From: an uncultured delta proteobacterium
GTDB lineage: Bacteria > Myxococcota_A > UBA9160 > SZUA-336
DNA: 64,000 nucleotides
Assembly (NCBI GenBank): GCA_963704165.1
Contig: CAVPHD010000005.1
Span: 32,001-96,000, forward strand
Direction: 5' to 3'
Part shown: positions 39,122 to 49,829 of the stretch, piece by piece
How positions within the stretch are numbered: position 1 is the stretch's first letter
Layout of the letters: every line of letters starts with the position of its first letter
Notes under the pieces: model-generated
Database searches by the model: none
Seen by the model: only the letters and a program-made list of their open reading frames with translations
What the model was told of the DNA's origin: nothing
Translations under genes and position numbers: made by a program

Positions 39122-40030
39122 TCAGCGCGATTCGATTCTGCCGAGGTCTCCGATCATGCACTTCACCGAGCCGCCGCCTTTCTTGTGGAATTCGGAGACG
39201 TCGGCGGTGACGACGCGCGTGCCCCGGGCGCGCACTTCGTCGGCGAGTCGCGGCGAAACGCCCTGCGGCATGACCAGGTGCGGCTCTCCACCCGCTTCGA
39301 GCGCGAACGAGTTCGCGGCGTAGATCGCCGCGTCGGCTTCGCCGATCTCGATCAGGCGATCACCGAAGCGCGCGCGCAGCTCGGAGACCGAGCGGGGGTG
39401 GAGGACCGGCACGTACGCGAGCAGGGACTCCCGCCCGGCGCCGAACGAACACAGACAGGTGTCGCCGTGGTAGTAGCGTTCGTCCACGAGCTCGACGCGA
39501 AGCACGGGCCTTTCGAGCGGGACCAGCGCCTCGATCTCGTCGAGCGCTCGAGGATCGCTGCGGAAGCCATACACCCGCTTCCACGGCGGCCAGCCGATCC
39601 GCGGCACGAAGCGCTGGCGCCGGATCCGGCCGTGGGTGAACAGGAACACGTCACCGGCAGGGAAGAGGTCCGCCTCGCCCTCGAATCGCGCGCCGATCGT
39701 CGCGCAACGAAGACCGAGGGATTCGATCACGTCGCGGTAGATCGGCTGCTCGCCCGCGCGCGTCGGCGTGAGATTCGAGAGCACGAACACGTCGCGGTGT
39801 CGGAATCCGGCGTTCGCGGGGTAGACGAGACCCGGGTGAGCGGGATCGGACGGCACGACGGCGACGGAGAGGCCCAGCTCCCGAAGCAGGTCGCGCATTC
39901 GGCCCCACTGCGCGATCGCGAGCGTTCGGTCCACGGACTTGCGTCGCCCGTACTTGTCGCGCGTGTGGGGATTCGCGCCACCGACGACGGAGAAGTGCGC
40001 CGGGTCGCCCATCAGGACCACGTGTCTCAT
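39122..40030 (-). CDS. Pentein guanidino-modifying enzyme, ArgZ/AgrE-type arginine dihydrolase-like
   Basis: LMGDPAHF..NP, VYPANAG, FEGEAD, YYHGDTC, SEFHKKGGGSVKC; start overlaps the astD stop (ATGA). Confidence 0.85.
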   Translation of the reverse strand: MRHVVLMGDPAHFSVVGGANPHTRDKYGRRKSVDRTLAIAQWGRMRDLLRELGLSVAVVPSDPAHPGLVYPANAGFRHRDVFVLSNLTPTRAGEQPIYRDVIESLGLRCATIGARFEGEADLFPAGDVFLFTHGRIRRQRFVPRIGWPPWKRVYGFRSDPRALDEIEALVPLERPVLRVELVDERYYHGDTCLCSFGAGRESLLAYVPVLHPRSVSELRARFGDRLIEIGEADAAIYAANSFALEAGGEPHLVMPQGVSPRLADEVRARGTRVVTADVSEFHKKGGGSVKCMIGDLGRIESR

Positions 40031-41534
40031 TCGAGCGTCGGAAAGCCCGGCCAGACCGCGGGCGGCGCGGCCTGCTCGTGCTCGAGATTCGCCTGTGGGA
40101 ACGTGCAGTACGCGGTCGAGGTCGCGCCCGCGGGTCGGTCGTTGCCGCTGCGCTTCACCCCGCCGAACGGCAGCTTCGACGAGGCGCCGACCGTCGCTGC
40201 GTTCCAGTTCAGGGCGCCGATGCGGAGCGTCCGCGCGGCGCGCTCGTAGACCGCGCGATCGCGGGTGAAGACGCTCGCGGCGAGTCCGAAGTCGGTGGCG
40301 TCGAGCAGGGCGATCCCTTCCTCGGCCGAGCCGACCTCGAGGACGAAGGCGTCGGGGAGGAAGTGCTCCTCGCTCTGGTAACGGCTCGTGCGCTCGTGCG
40401 CGCGGATCCGGTGCAGGCTCGGACGGACGTAGTGACCGGGGCGCGGGCCATCGCAAGGGCCGCCGGGAACGAGCGATTCGGCGCCATCGTCCGCAGCCAG
40501 TGCCAGAACGTGCGCGTGTCGATCGCGCGCGGCGCTCGAGATCAGCGGCCCCATGAAGACGCCTTCCTCCGAGGAGTGCCCGATCGAGATCCCACGAAAG
40601 AGACGAACGAGCTTCTCGCAGAGCGCGTCGGCGATGCCGCGCTCCGCGAAGACGCGGCTCGTCGCGCTGCAGCGCTGTCCCGACGTGACGCACGCTCCGA
40701 AGGCGATCGCGGCGGCGGCCGCGTCGAGGTCGGCGTCCGCGCAGACGAGCACGCCGTTCTTCCCCCCATCTCGAGCGCGACGAGCTTCCAGGGCTGATCC
40801 AGGTTGGCTTCCAGGATGCGCCGACCGACCGCCCACGAGCCGGTGAAGAGCACGCCGTCGAGTCCGCGGTGTGCACAGAGCGAAGCTCCGATCGCGCCGT
40901 CGCCCTGCACCAGGTTCAGGACGCCGCGCGGAAGACCCGCGCGCAGCGCGATCTCGGCGTAGAGCTGACCCGTGGCGGGCGTCTGCTCGGAGGGCTTCAC
41001 CACGACACAGTTCCCGGTCGCGAGCGCCGGCACGACGTGGCCGTGCACCAGGTGCCCGGGAAAATTGAACGGCCCGAGCACCGCGAGCACGCCGCGCGCG
41101 TTCGCACGCCAGCGCCCGACCTGGTTCGGGGCGAGATCGAAGGCGCGCTCCGCGACGAGCTCGAGCCCCTGCGTGAGCGTGATCTCGATCTTCGCGAGCA
41201 TCGCCTGGACTTCCGTACGGGCCTCCCAGACCGGCTTGCCGACCTCGGTCGCGATCACGCGTGCGAGCCGCTCGGCCTCCGCGCGCAGCACATCGGCGAA
41301 GCGGCGCAGGTGCGCGGCGCGCGCCTCTGGTGCAGCGTCGCGCCAGGCCGGCCAGGCCGCGCGTGCCGCGGCAATCGCGCGATCGGCCGAATCCGCCGCG
41401 AACGGGAAGACGCCGAGGCGTGCGCTCGTGTCGCCCGGATCCTCGAGCGCGATCTCGCCGGCGACGCGATCGGGCAGGACGAAGCGGCCGTCGATCAGGT
41501 CGCCGCGCGGCGCGAAGTCGGACGGATCAGCCAT
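40027..41534 (-). CDS. astD: Succinylglutamate-semialdehyde dehydrogenase (frameshift in a C run near 40765)
   Basis: GPFNFPGHL, VVKPSE, FTGS, ALEMGG/KN, TSGQRCS, GASSKLPFGGVKRSGNDRP; adjacent to astA. Confidence 0.85.
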
Positions 41535-42569
41535 CGCCTCGCCTCTCTCGCGACGGCGGAAGCGGCGTCCATCCGATCTCGTCGCCCGATCGACAGACCG
41601 AGGCGCTTGCGCGCTTCCCTGGGGATGCGAATCGACGTCGTGCTCGCGCGAGGCGATCGCGGCGACCGCACGGAACACGCCGCCTTCCTCGGTCGAGAGG
41701 ATCGAGGGCGCGTCGACGTCGCCGGTGTCGCCTTCCTCGAGCCGGCCGATGACGGTCTGCGCAACCGGGATGATCTTCGCGACCGGCGCCGAGACGAACG
41801 GACCGCCGTCGAACGGATCGATCTCGTCCTGCCAGTGGAGTCCGGCCTGTTCGAGCAGGCGCAGTGCGGGGATCGCCTCGTCGTGCACGACGCCGATCTG
41901 CGCGGCGACCTGCGGATCGAGCAGCGACGCGTAGAAGGGCGTGGGCGGAAACAGGTCGAGCACGAAGCTCTTGTCGCTCGCGCTCCGCCGATCCGCTTCG
42001 GCGTAGCTCATGCCGGTGAAGCGCCGGCCGAAGGCGTCCCAGAACGCGCTGCGTCCGCGTGCATCGATCGCCGCACGCATCTCGGCGAGGACGATCGTCT
42101 CGAAGCAGCCGCGATTCCGGGCGATGAAAGCGAATCGCCCCCACGAGAGCAGCCGTCCCGGCCAGCCCGGACGACCGCGCATCTCGGGCCGCAGAACCAG
42201 CGAGCCGATCTCGGTCGGGCCGTCGTGAGACGCGCCGAGCTGAAGCGTCGTGTGCGTGACGCGCACGGACGTGCTCGCGGAGTGCCGCGTCTCCTCGCCG
42301 ACGCGCAGGAACAGGTGGGGCATCTCGGGCGTGCCGTGCTTCGAGAGGATCGCCGACGTGCCGACCACCTCGTCGCCCTCGTCGACGAGCACGAACTGGT
42401 ACTCACGCTCGCGGCCCGGAGGTCCCGGCTCGCGAAACGCGCGCTCCGATCTGGCGAGGCGCTGGCGCAGGAATGCGTCGTCGTGCGGCAGGTTCGGGCT
42501 GTCGAGGAACTCCGCGAGCTCCATCACCGCCGGCAGGTCCGACAGCCGCGCTCCGCGCATCAGGAACAC
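41527..42569 (-). CDS. astA: Arginine N-succinyltransferase (two indels near the 3' end)
   Basis: NLPHD..L, YQFVL, GPTEIGSLVL, LAEMR, FWDAFGRRFTGMSYAEAD, IDPFDGGP; conserved tail IRIPREARKRLGLSI/GDEIGWTPL in shifted frames. Confidence 0.9.
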
Positions 42570-43903
42570 GCGGTGTCTCCCGAGCAGATCAGGCACGCGA
42601 GCCGCACGAGCAGCGCTCGATAGAGCTCCACCGCGTGGTGTAGCTCCGAGATGCGCGTGTGCTCGTTGGGCTTGTGCACGTTTCCCACCGACGGCCCCGG
42701 CCCGAGCACGATCGCCGAGAGTCCCGCCTGCGCCAGGAGACCCGCTTCGGTGCAGGTGGCCTTGGTCGCCTGGCGCGCGGGAAGGCCGACCGCGCGCTGC
42801 GCGTCGAGAGCCGCGCGGACGAGCTTCGAATCGCAGGTCGTCGCGAGCGGCGGATTGGCGCGAACGCAGCGGATCCGTGCGAAGGCGCGGAGCGGCTCCA
42901 CGAGAGCCTCGGCGTCTTCGCCGGGAATCGGCCGAACGTCGAAGCGGAACACCGCTTCGACTCCGTCGAGCGAGACGCATCCGAGGCTCGTCACGGTCCG
43001 CTCGGGATCGAAGTCCGGATCGCGTCGCGTGCCCGGCGACGCTTCGAAGCTCCGCCACGCTTCGAGAAAGCGGACGAGGCTCGTCTTCGCGAAGGCCGGT
43101 CCGGTCCAGGCGTCGCCCGTGGCTCTCGTCAGCAGGCCGATCTCGCAGCGATCGGGCACGACGTTCACGGCCGCGCCACCCTCGAGCGAGCAGATGCCGA
43201 GCGCTTCGCTCGACTCGAGCTCGCCGAGCGAGGCGAGGATCGCGTTCGTTCCGAGCAACGGTGCGCTCGAGTGCGCAGCGACCCCGAGCGAGACTCGTTT
43301 CGAGGCGAGGAGGACCTCGTTCTCGCCGATGCGTTCGAGGGGGACGCGCGCCTCGAAGACCGCGTAGCCCTTGTGCGCGCGGATGGCCACGAGCTCGGAC
43401 GGCTCACCGACGAGCGCATCGCGGAACCCGCGCGCGAGACCGCGTTCGATCAGCCAGCGTGCACCGATCAGGCCGACCTCTTCGCCGAAGGTTCCGATCA
43501 GCCGGATCGGCCTTCGCAGCCTCGCCCTCTCGATCGACGCCAACGCGATCGCCTTGCAGACGAAATCGACTTTGGCATCGGCCGACCCGAGACCGTAGAG
43601 CCGGTCGCCTTCACGCGTGGGACGGAACGGATCCAGGCCGGTCGCGGTCCACGCCCTGCGATCACCGGGCGGAACGGTGTCGAGATGGGTCACGAGCAGG
43701 AGGCCGCCCGTTCCGCTCTCGGGGCCCACGTCGCAGATCACCGCATGGTGTAGGGTTCCGGCGACCTGCGCCGCGTCGATCCTCGCGGGCAGGCCGAGCT
43801 CGCCGAGCAGCTCCGAAGCGAGAGCGGCGATCGCCCCGTTTCCGAGCCGCGACTCGGACGGGGTCGCAATGAAACGCTCGGCCCAGGCGATCAGGTCGGC
43901 CAT
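42560..43903 (-). CDS. M20 family deacylase (ArgE/DapE-like)
   Basis: HLDTVPPG, GLGSADAK, GEEVG, GEPS, AHKG, CTEAG, HKPNE. Confidence 0.88.
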   Translation of the reverse strand: MADLIAWAERFIATPSESRLGNGAIAALASELLGELGLPARIDAAQVAGTLHHAVICDVGPESGTGGLLLVTHLDTVPPGDRRAWTATGLDPFRPTREGDRLYGLGSADAKVDFVCKAIALASIERARLRRPIRLIGTFGEEVGLIGARWLIERGLARGFRDALVGEPSELVAIRAHKGYAVFEARVPLERIGENEVLLASKRVSLGVAAHSSAPLLGTNAILASLGELESSEALGICSLEGGAAVNVVPDRCEIGLLTRATGDAWTGPAFAKTSLVRFLEAWRSFEASPGTRRDPDFDPERTVTSLGCVSLDGVEAVFRFDVRPIPGEDAEALVEPLRAFARIRCVRANPPLATTCDSKLVRAALDAQRAVGLPARQATKATCTEAGLLAQAGLSAIVLGPGPSVGNVHKPNEHTRISELHHAVELYRALLVRLACLICSGDTACS

Positions 43904-43924
43904 CCAGACCTCGAATCGACGCCC

Positions 43925-44251
43925 CTACTTGGCCGCTTGAATTGCCTCCGCGCAGCAGGGGCAGATCTGCCGCAGGTACTCGTACGTGTAGATCCCGCTG
44001 TCGTGCCCGTCGCTCCACTCGAACTGCAGCGCGTAGCGCCCGACCGGCGACACGCGAACCGGCTTCACGTCGTCCGGCACGCCATCGGGCCGGAGCAGCG
44101 GCCGGCCTGTGAACTCCTCGACGCAGTGCGCGCAGCGACATGCGAGTCGGAGGGTCCGGACCGCGTAGACGCTCTCGTGTCCGTCGTTCCAGGTGATGCG
44201 CAGCCTGTCGCCGCCCGCCTGGGCGATCGATGCGGGAGTCGGGGGGTTCAT
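43925..44251 (-). CDS. DUF971 (GBBH N-terminal-like, CxCxxC) protein
   Basis: ITWNDGH, LRLACRCAHC, VGRYALQFEWSDGHDSGIYTYEYL. Confidence 0.9.
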   Translation of the reverse strand: MNPPTPASIAQAGGDRLRITWNDGHESVYAVRTLRLACRCAHCVEEFTGRPLLRPDGVPDDVKPVRVSPVGRYALQFEWSDGHDSGIYTYEYLRQICPCCAEAIQAAK

Positions 44252-44313
44252 CGCGACGAAGATAGCTCGTGTCTGGGCTAAGATCCCCGCGCGCGCGGCG
44301 CGGAGGTGCACGG

Positions 44314-44991
44314 ATGTCGAAGGAAGCGGTGGCGATCCTGGGCGGAACCGGCGAGCAGGGGCTCGGGCTCGCGTACCGCTTCGCGCTGGCGGGTCGTCCG
44401 GTTCGTATCGGCAGCCGCAAGGAGGATCGCGCCCTCGAGGCGATGCGCGACGTCGTCGCCAAGGTTCCGGGCGCCGATGTCTCGGGCCACGAGAACGCCG
44501 CGGCCGTGCGCGCCACGCCCGGTGGGATCGTGATCCTCTCGGTGCCGTTCGAGCACATGGCGGGAACGATCAAATCCGTCCGCGAGCTGCTCGTTCCCGG
44601 CACCGTCGTCGTCTCGATGGGCGTCCCGCTCGCGAGCGCGATCGGCGACGTCGCTTCGCGAGTGATCGGCGTCTCGCAGGGCTCGTGCGCCGAGATGTGC
44701 GAGGCCCTCGCACCCCAAGGTGTGCCGGTGATCTCCGCATTCCAGAACGTGGCGGCGCATCGGCTGCTCGATCTGCCGCATCCGGTCGATTGCGACGTGA
44801 TCGTCTCCGGCGCCAAGGAGCCTCGCGCGCGCGTGATGGCGCTCTGCGGCGACATTCCCGGCACGCGCGCCATCGACGGCGGACCGCTCTACAACGCGCG
44901 CTACGTCGAGCAGATCACGGCGCTGCTGATCGGGATCAACATCCGCCTGAAGAAGCCCGAAGGCGTGGGGTTCCGACTCACCTATCTGTAG
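44314..44991 (+). CDS. npdG: NADPH-dependent F420 reductase (Fno)
   Basis: ILGGTGEQGLGLA, IGSR, SVP, SAFQNVAA, DGGPLYNARYVEQIT, LLIGIN; GGAGG RBS. Confidence 0.85.
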   Translation: MSKEAVAILGGTGEQGLGLAYRFALAGRPVRIGSRKEDRALEAMRDVVAKVPGADVSGHENAAAVRATPGGIVILSVPFEHMAGTIKSVRELLVPGTVVVSMGVPLASAIGDVASRVIGVSQGSCAEMCEALAPQGVPVISAFQNVAAHRLLDLPHPVDCDVIVSGAKEPRARVMALCGDIPGTRAIDGGPLYNARYVEQITALLIGINIRLKKPEGVGFRLTYL

Positions 44992-46831
44992 AGGCACCCG
45001 AGTCGGAGCCGGGAATGGCCGTCGAGGGTAGCTGGCCGGGCGGCGAGTCGAGCTCGAGCCCGACGCTGCGCATCAGCGCGAGCGCGTTGCTGCGCTGGAC
45101 CACGCCTTCGCGAAGCCGGTAGTCGAAGTGAAGCTCGCCGTCGCGGAGCTCGTCCTCGAAGTGGGCGTTGCGCGCGCGCGGCGCGAGCTCGTCGACCATC
45201 GCGGTCAGTGCGAGGTCGTGCGTCGTCACCAGGCCGATCGCGCCGCGCGCGAGCAGGCCGCGCACGAGCGCGCTCGCGCCGATGCCGCGATCGTGCGAGT
45301 TCGTCCCCTGCAGGATCTCGTCGAGCAGGAAGAGCGCCGGTCGCGGTCCGGCGCAGAGGTTCACGACCCGTCGCAGACAGAGCAGCTCTGCGAAGAAGCG
45401 AGACGCGCCTTCCTGGAGCGAGTCCTGCACGCGCAGCGAGGCGCCGAGAGAAAGGGGCGAGACGCGCAAGCTCGTCGCGCGCACGGGTGCGCCCGCGAGC
45501 GCGAGAACGAGCGCGGTCCCGACGCTGCGCAGAAGCGTGCTCTTCCCCGACATGTTGGACCCCGACACCACGATCAGCGCGAGCGTCGAGTCGAGCGAGA
45601 GGTCGTTGCGCACGCAGGCCGCCTCGGCGAGCAGCGGATGGCCGAGCCCGCGCGCGTCGAACACCGGACCCGCTTCGACGAGGTCCGGGAACGGATCCGC
45701 GGGGTGCTCGTAGGCGTGGGCGGCCAGGTCGCAGAGCGCCTCGAGTTCGCCGAGCGCTTCGAGCCAGCCCGCGAGTCGACCGCCGCAGCGCGCGCGCCAG
45801 GCCTCGAGCGCGAAGGCGAGCTGTGTGCCCCACAGGAGCAGGAGCGAGATCGGCGCGAAGATCTGGTTCCGCCGCCAATCGAGAAGCGTCACCAGTCGGT
45901 GTATTCGCGCCAGCTCTCGCGATGCGGCCACGCCTTCGGTCTCGAGCGCCGCCCGCAGTTCGACCAGGCGAGGCGCCGAGACCGGCTCGCGTTCGACGCG
46001 CTCGATCAGCGCGGAGAGCTGAGCCAGATCGCGTGCCGGGGTTTCGATCGACGCGAGCACGTTCGAGACGCGCGTGCGCAGGACGCCGACGAACACGGAC
46101 TGCGCGGCTATGGCGACGAGCGCGAGGGTCCAGCCCGAAGCGCCGAGAAGTGCCGCGACGACCGCGAACGTGCTCATGGCGGCGAGCAGCGCCGCGGCGA
46201 CGCGAAGCGCTCCGCCCGAAAGCTCGAGCTTCGCGTTTCCCCAGTGCACCAGCGGCTCCGGATGCACGCCGTGGCGGATCTCGGGCCCGAGCACGGCCAG
46301 ATCCTCGCGCAGATCGAGCCCCTCGCGAAGCTCGGCCACGGCGACGTGCCGCGCGCGGAGCTCGTCGGGTTCCGATGGCGTGAGCAGCCAGCTCGCGAGG
46401 CGATCCTGGCCGGCGCGGGTCTCCGCGCGCGAGAGCAGCTCGAAGAGTGACCCGCGACCGAACAGATCCAGGTGCATCGCGTAGGGATGCTCGGGGTCGA
46501 GGTAGCGCTCGCCGGTTCGTCCCCGTCCGGCGAACCGATGCGCCATTCGCGCGAGCGCGAGCTCGTGGTGGTCTCGCGCGCGCTCGGCGCGAAGGCGCCT
46601 CTGCCTCGCGGCGTCGTGGGTGACGACGAGCGCGAGGAAGATCCCCAGCACCGGAATCAGCCACAGCGCCGAGAACGCCCGCTCTGCGAGCGCGAGCCAG
46701 CCGACCGCGAGCGCGACCGCGAACGCGCCGAGCCGCAGGTTCGAGATCCGTCGTGCGTCGCGCGCGGCTTTCTCTCGCACGGCGGTGCGCTCGGCGAGTC
46801 GCTCGCGATGGACCTCGGCCGCTTCTCTCAT
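44978..46831 (-). CDS. MutS-related protein (ATPase domain V plus N-terminal TM segments)
   Basis: GSNMSGKST, DSLQEGASRFFAEL, LLDEILQGTNS, TTHD; no mismatch-binding domain I. Confidence 0.88.
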   Translation of the reverse strand: MREAAEVHRERLAERTAVREKAARDARRISNLRLGAFAVALAVGWLALAERAFSALWLIPVLGIFLALVVTHDAARQRRLRAERARDHHELALARMAHRFAGRGRTGERYLDPEHPYAMHLDLFGRGSLFELLSRAETRAGQDRLASWLLTPSEPDELRARHVAVAELREGLDLREDLAVLGPEIRHGVHPEPLVHWGNAKLELSGGALRVAAALLAAMSTFAVVAALLGASGWTLALVAIAAQSVFVGVLRTRVSNVLASIETPARDLAQLSALIERVEREPVSAPRLVELRAALETEGVAASRELARIHRLVTLLDWRRNQIFAPISLLLLWGTQLAFALEAWRARCGGRLAGWLEALGELEALCDLAAHAYEHPADPFPDLVEAGPVFDARGLGHPLLAEAACVRNDLSLDSTLALIVVSGSNMSGKSTLLRSVGTALVLALAGAPVRATSLRVSPLSLGASLRVQDSLQEGASRFFAELLCLRRVVNLCAGPRPALFLLDEILQGTNSHDRGIGASALVRGLLARGAIGLVTTHDLALTAMVDELAPRARNAHFEDELRDGELHFDYRLREGVVQRSNALALMRSVGLELDSPPGQLPSTAIPGSDSGASTDR

Positions 46832-46855
46832 GCGCGCGAGCGTAGCGTCGCCTGA

Positions 46856-48212
<1,357 letters not shown>

Positions 48213-48213
48213 A

Positions 48214-49179
48214 TTGACCGAATTCGTTCGCACGCCGGATCGGAACTTCGCCGACCTCGCGGACTTCCCGTTCGCGCCCCACTACCACGTCTGGCAGGAC
48301 CTGCGCATCCACTACGTCGACGAGGGGCCGCGCGACGCGCCGGTGATGTTGCTGCTGCACGGCATGCCGACCTGGAGCTACCTGTACCGCGACATGATTC
48401 CGCCGCTGGTGGCGGCGGGATACCGCTGCATCGCGCCGGACCACGCCGGATTCGGGAAGTCGGACAAGCCGACCGACATCCACTGGTACACCATCGCGCG
48501 TCACACCGAGATCCTGACGAGCCTCGTCGCCGCTCTCGACCTGCGCGAGATCACGCTTCTCTGTCAGGACTGGGGCGGACCGACGGGCCTCGCACAGGCG
48601 GCGATGATGCCCGAGCGATTCGCACGCCTCTGCATCATGAACACCTGGCTGCACCATCCCGAGTTCGTGTACACCGATGCGATCCGGAACTGGATCAAGC
48701 ACTGGAACGAGGGTGGCCTGTTCTGTCGGCCGACGCCGGATGTCGGGCTGCTCCTGCCGATGAGCGCGGGACTGATCGGCCCCGACGTCATGTTCCCCGC
48801 GATGACGCAGGGCAAGCCCGCAAACCTGCAGGGCACGACCGCGACGATGTATCGTGGCTTCAGCGCGCCGTTCCGGGGACTGCCCGACGGGGCGTTCAAC
48901 GGCCTGCGCCGCTTCCCGCTCTCGATTCCGCATCACAGCTTCGACAACGGCAACGGCGCCGCGCAGGCCTTCCACTACCGAACGCTTCTCGCTTGGTCGA
49001 AGTCCGCTCACTTCATCTGGGGCTGCGCGGACGACGTCTTCGACGAGACCTGGGGGCGGCGCTGGGCGGAGCAGATGAAGGCGAGCTTCGACCCGATTCC
49101 CGACGCCGGCCACTTCCTGCAGAACACCCACGGCGCGCGCGTCGTCGAGCTCCTGCTCGCGCGGATCGGCGAGGAGTAG
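48214..49179 (+). CDS. Haloalkane dehalogenase-like alpha/beta hydrolase
   Basis: RTPD..F..L.DFPF, LHGMPTWSYLY, GFGKSDKP, QDWGG (Asp nucleophile), AGHFLQ. Confidence 0.85.
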   Translation: MTEFVRTPDRNFADLADFPFAPHYHVWQDLRIHYVDEGPRDAPVMLLLHGMPTWSYLYRDMIPPLVAAGYRCIAPDHAGFGKSDKPTDIHWYTIARHTEILTSLVAALDLREITLLCQDWGGPTGLAQAAMMPERFARLCIMNTWLHHPEFVYTDAIRNWIKHWNEGGLFCRPTPDVGLLLPMSAGLIGPDVMFPAMTQGKPANLQGTTATMYRGFSAPFRGLPDGAFNGLRRFPLSIPHHSFDNGNGAAQAFHYRTLLAWSKSAHFIWGCADDVFDETWGRRWAEQMKASFDPIPDAGHFLQNTHGARVVELLLARIGEE

Positions 49180-49200
49180 TCGCGCACGAGCGCGATCCTG

Positions 49201-49827
49201 CTACGACCAGGCGAACACCGGCTGTTCGTAATGCGCGACGCGGGTATTGCGACCGTGCAGCGCGACTTCGTGCAGCTGGTAGAGCACGGCGGCGGTCGGG
49301 GCGTGGATGCTCGTGCCGAGTGCGGCGATCGGCAGCGAGAGTACCGGGCGGTCGCTCTCGGGGATCGCGCTGAGCCGCGGAATCTCGGGGTTCTCGAGTT
49401 CGCGCACGGGCACGACGTGGACGGCTTCGACCTCGTCCGGGTTGGGCACGAGCACGCGCGCGTCGCCGCCCCAGCAGACGACGGGCGTGATCAGGTAGCC
49501 CGAGCGCGTGACGAAGTCGTCGAGCCGGCCGAGCACGGAGTCGGGTGCGAGCGCCAGGCCGAGCTCTTCGCGGAGCTCGCGCAGCGCGGTCTCTTCGGCG
49601 CTCTCGCCGGGATCGACCCGCCCGCCGGGAAGCGCCCATTGCCCCGCGTGATTGCGCAGGCCCGAGGTGCGGCGCGTGATCAGGAAGCAGGCCTGGCCCG
49701 AGGCGTCACCGACCAGTGTTGCCGCGACGGCCGCGTGCTTGAGCGCGGGGTCGGGGCGCGCATGGCGGGCGAAACGGGCGAGGTGGACTTCGACGCGCGT
49801 GCGCAGAGCCGCATCGAAGTCGCTCAC
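49201..49827 (-). CDS. CoA pyrophosphatase (NudL/Nudt7-type Nudix)
   Basis: LRNHAGQWALPGG NuCoA motif plus Nudix box GESAEETALRELREELG; NPDEV. Confidence 0.88.
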   Translation of the reverse strand: MSDFDAALRTRVEVHLARFARHARPDPALKHAAVAATLVGDASGQACFLITRRTSGLRNHAGQWALPGGRVDPGESAEETALRELREELGLALAPDSVLGRLDDFVTRSGYLITPVVCWGGDARVLVPNPDEVEAVHVVPVRELENPEIPRLSAIPESDRPVLSLPIAALGTSIHAPTAAVLYQLHEVALHGRNTRVAHYEQPVFAWS

Positions 49828-49829
49828 CG

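Noticed and set aside
40542..43058. 838-aa apparent AstA-AstD fusion
   Set aside because: The conserved AstA C-terminus continues in two shifted frames to a stop at 41527, and astD has its own RBS and ATG. The fusion is an indel artefact.
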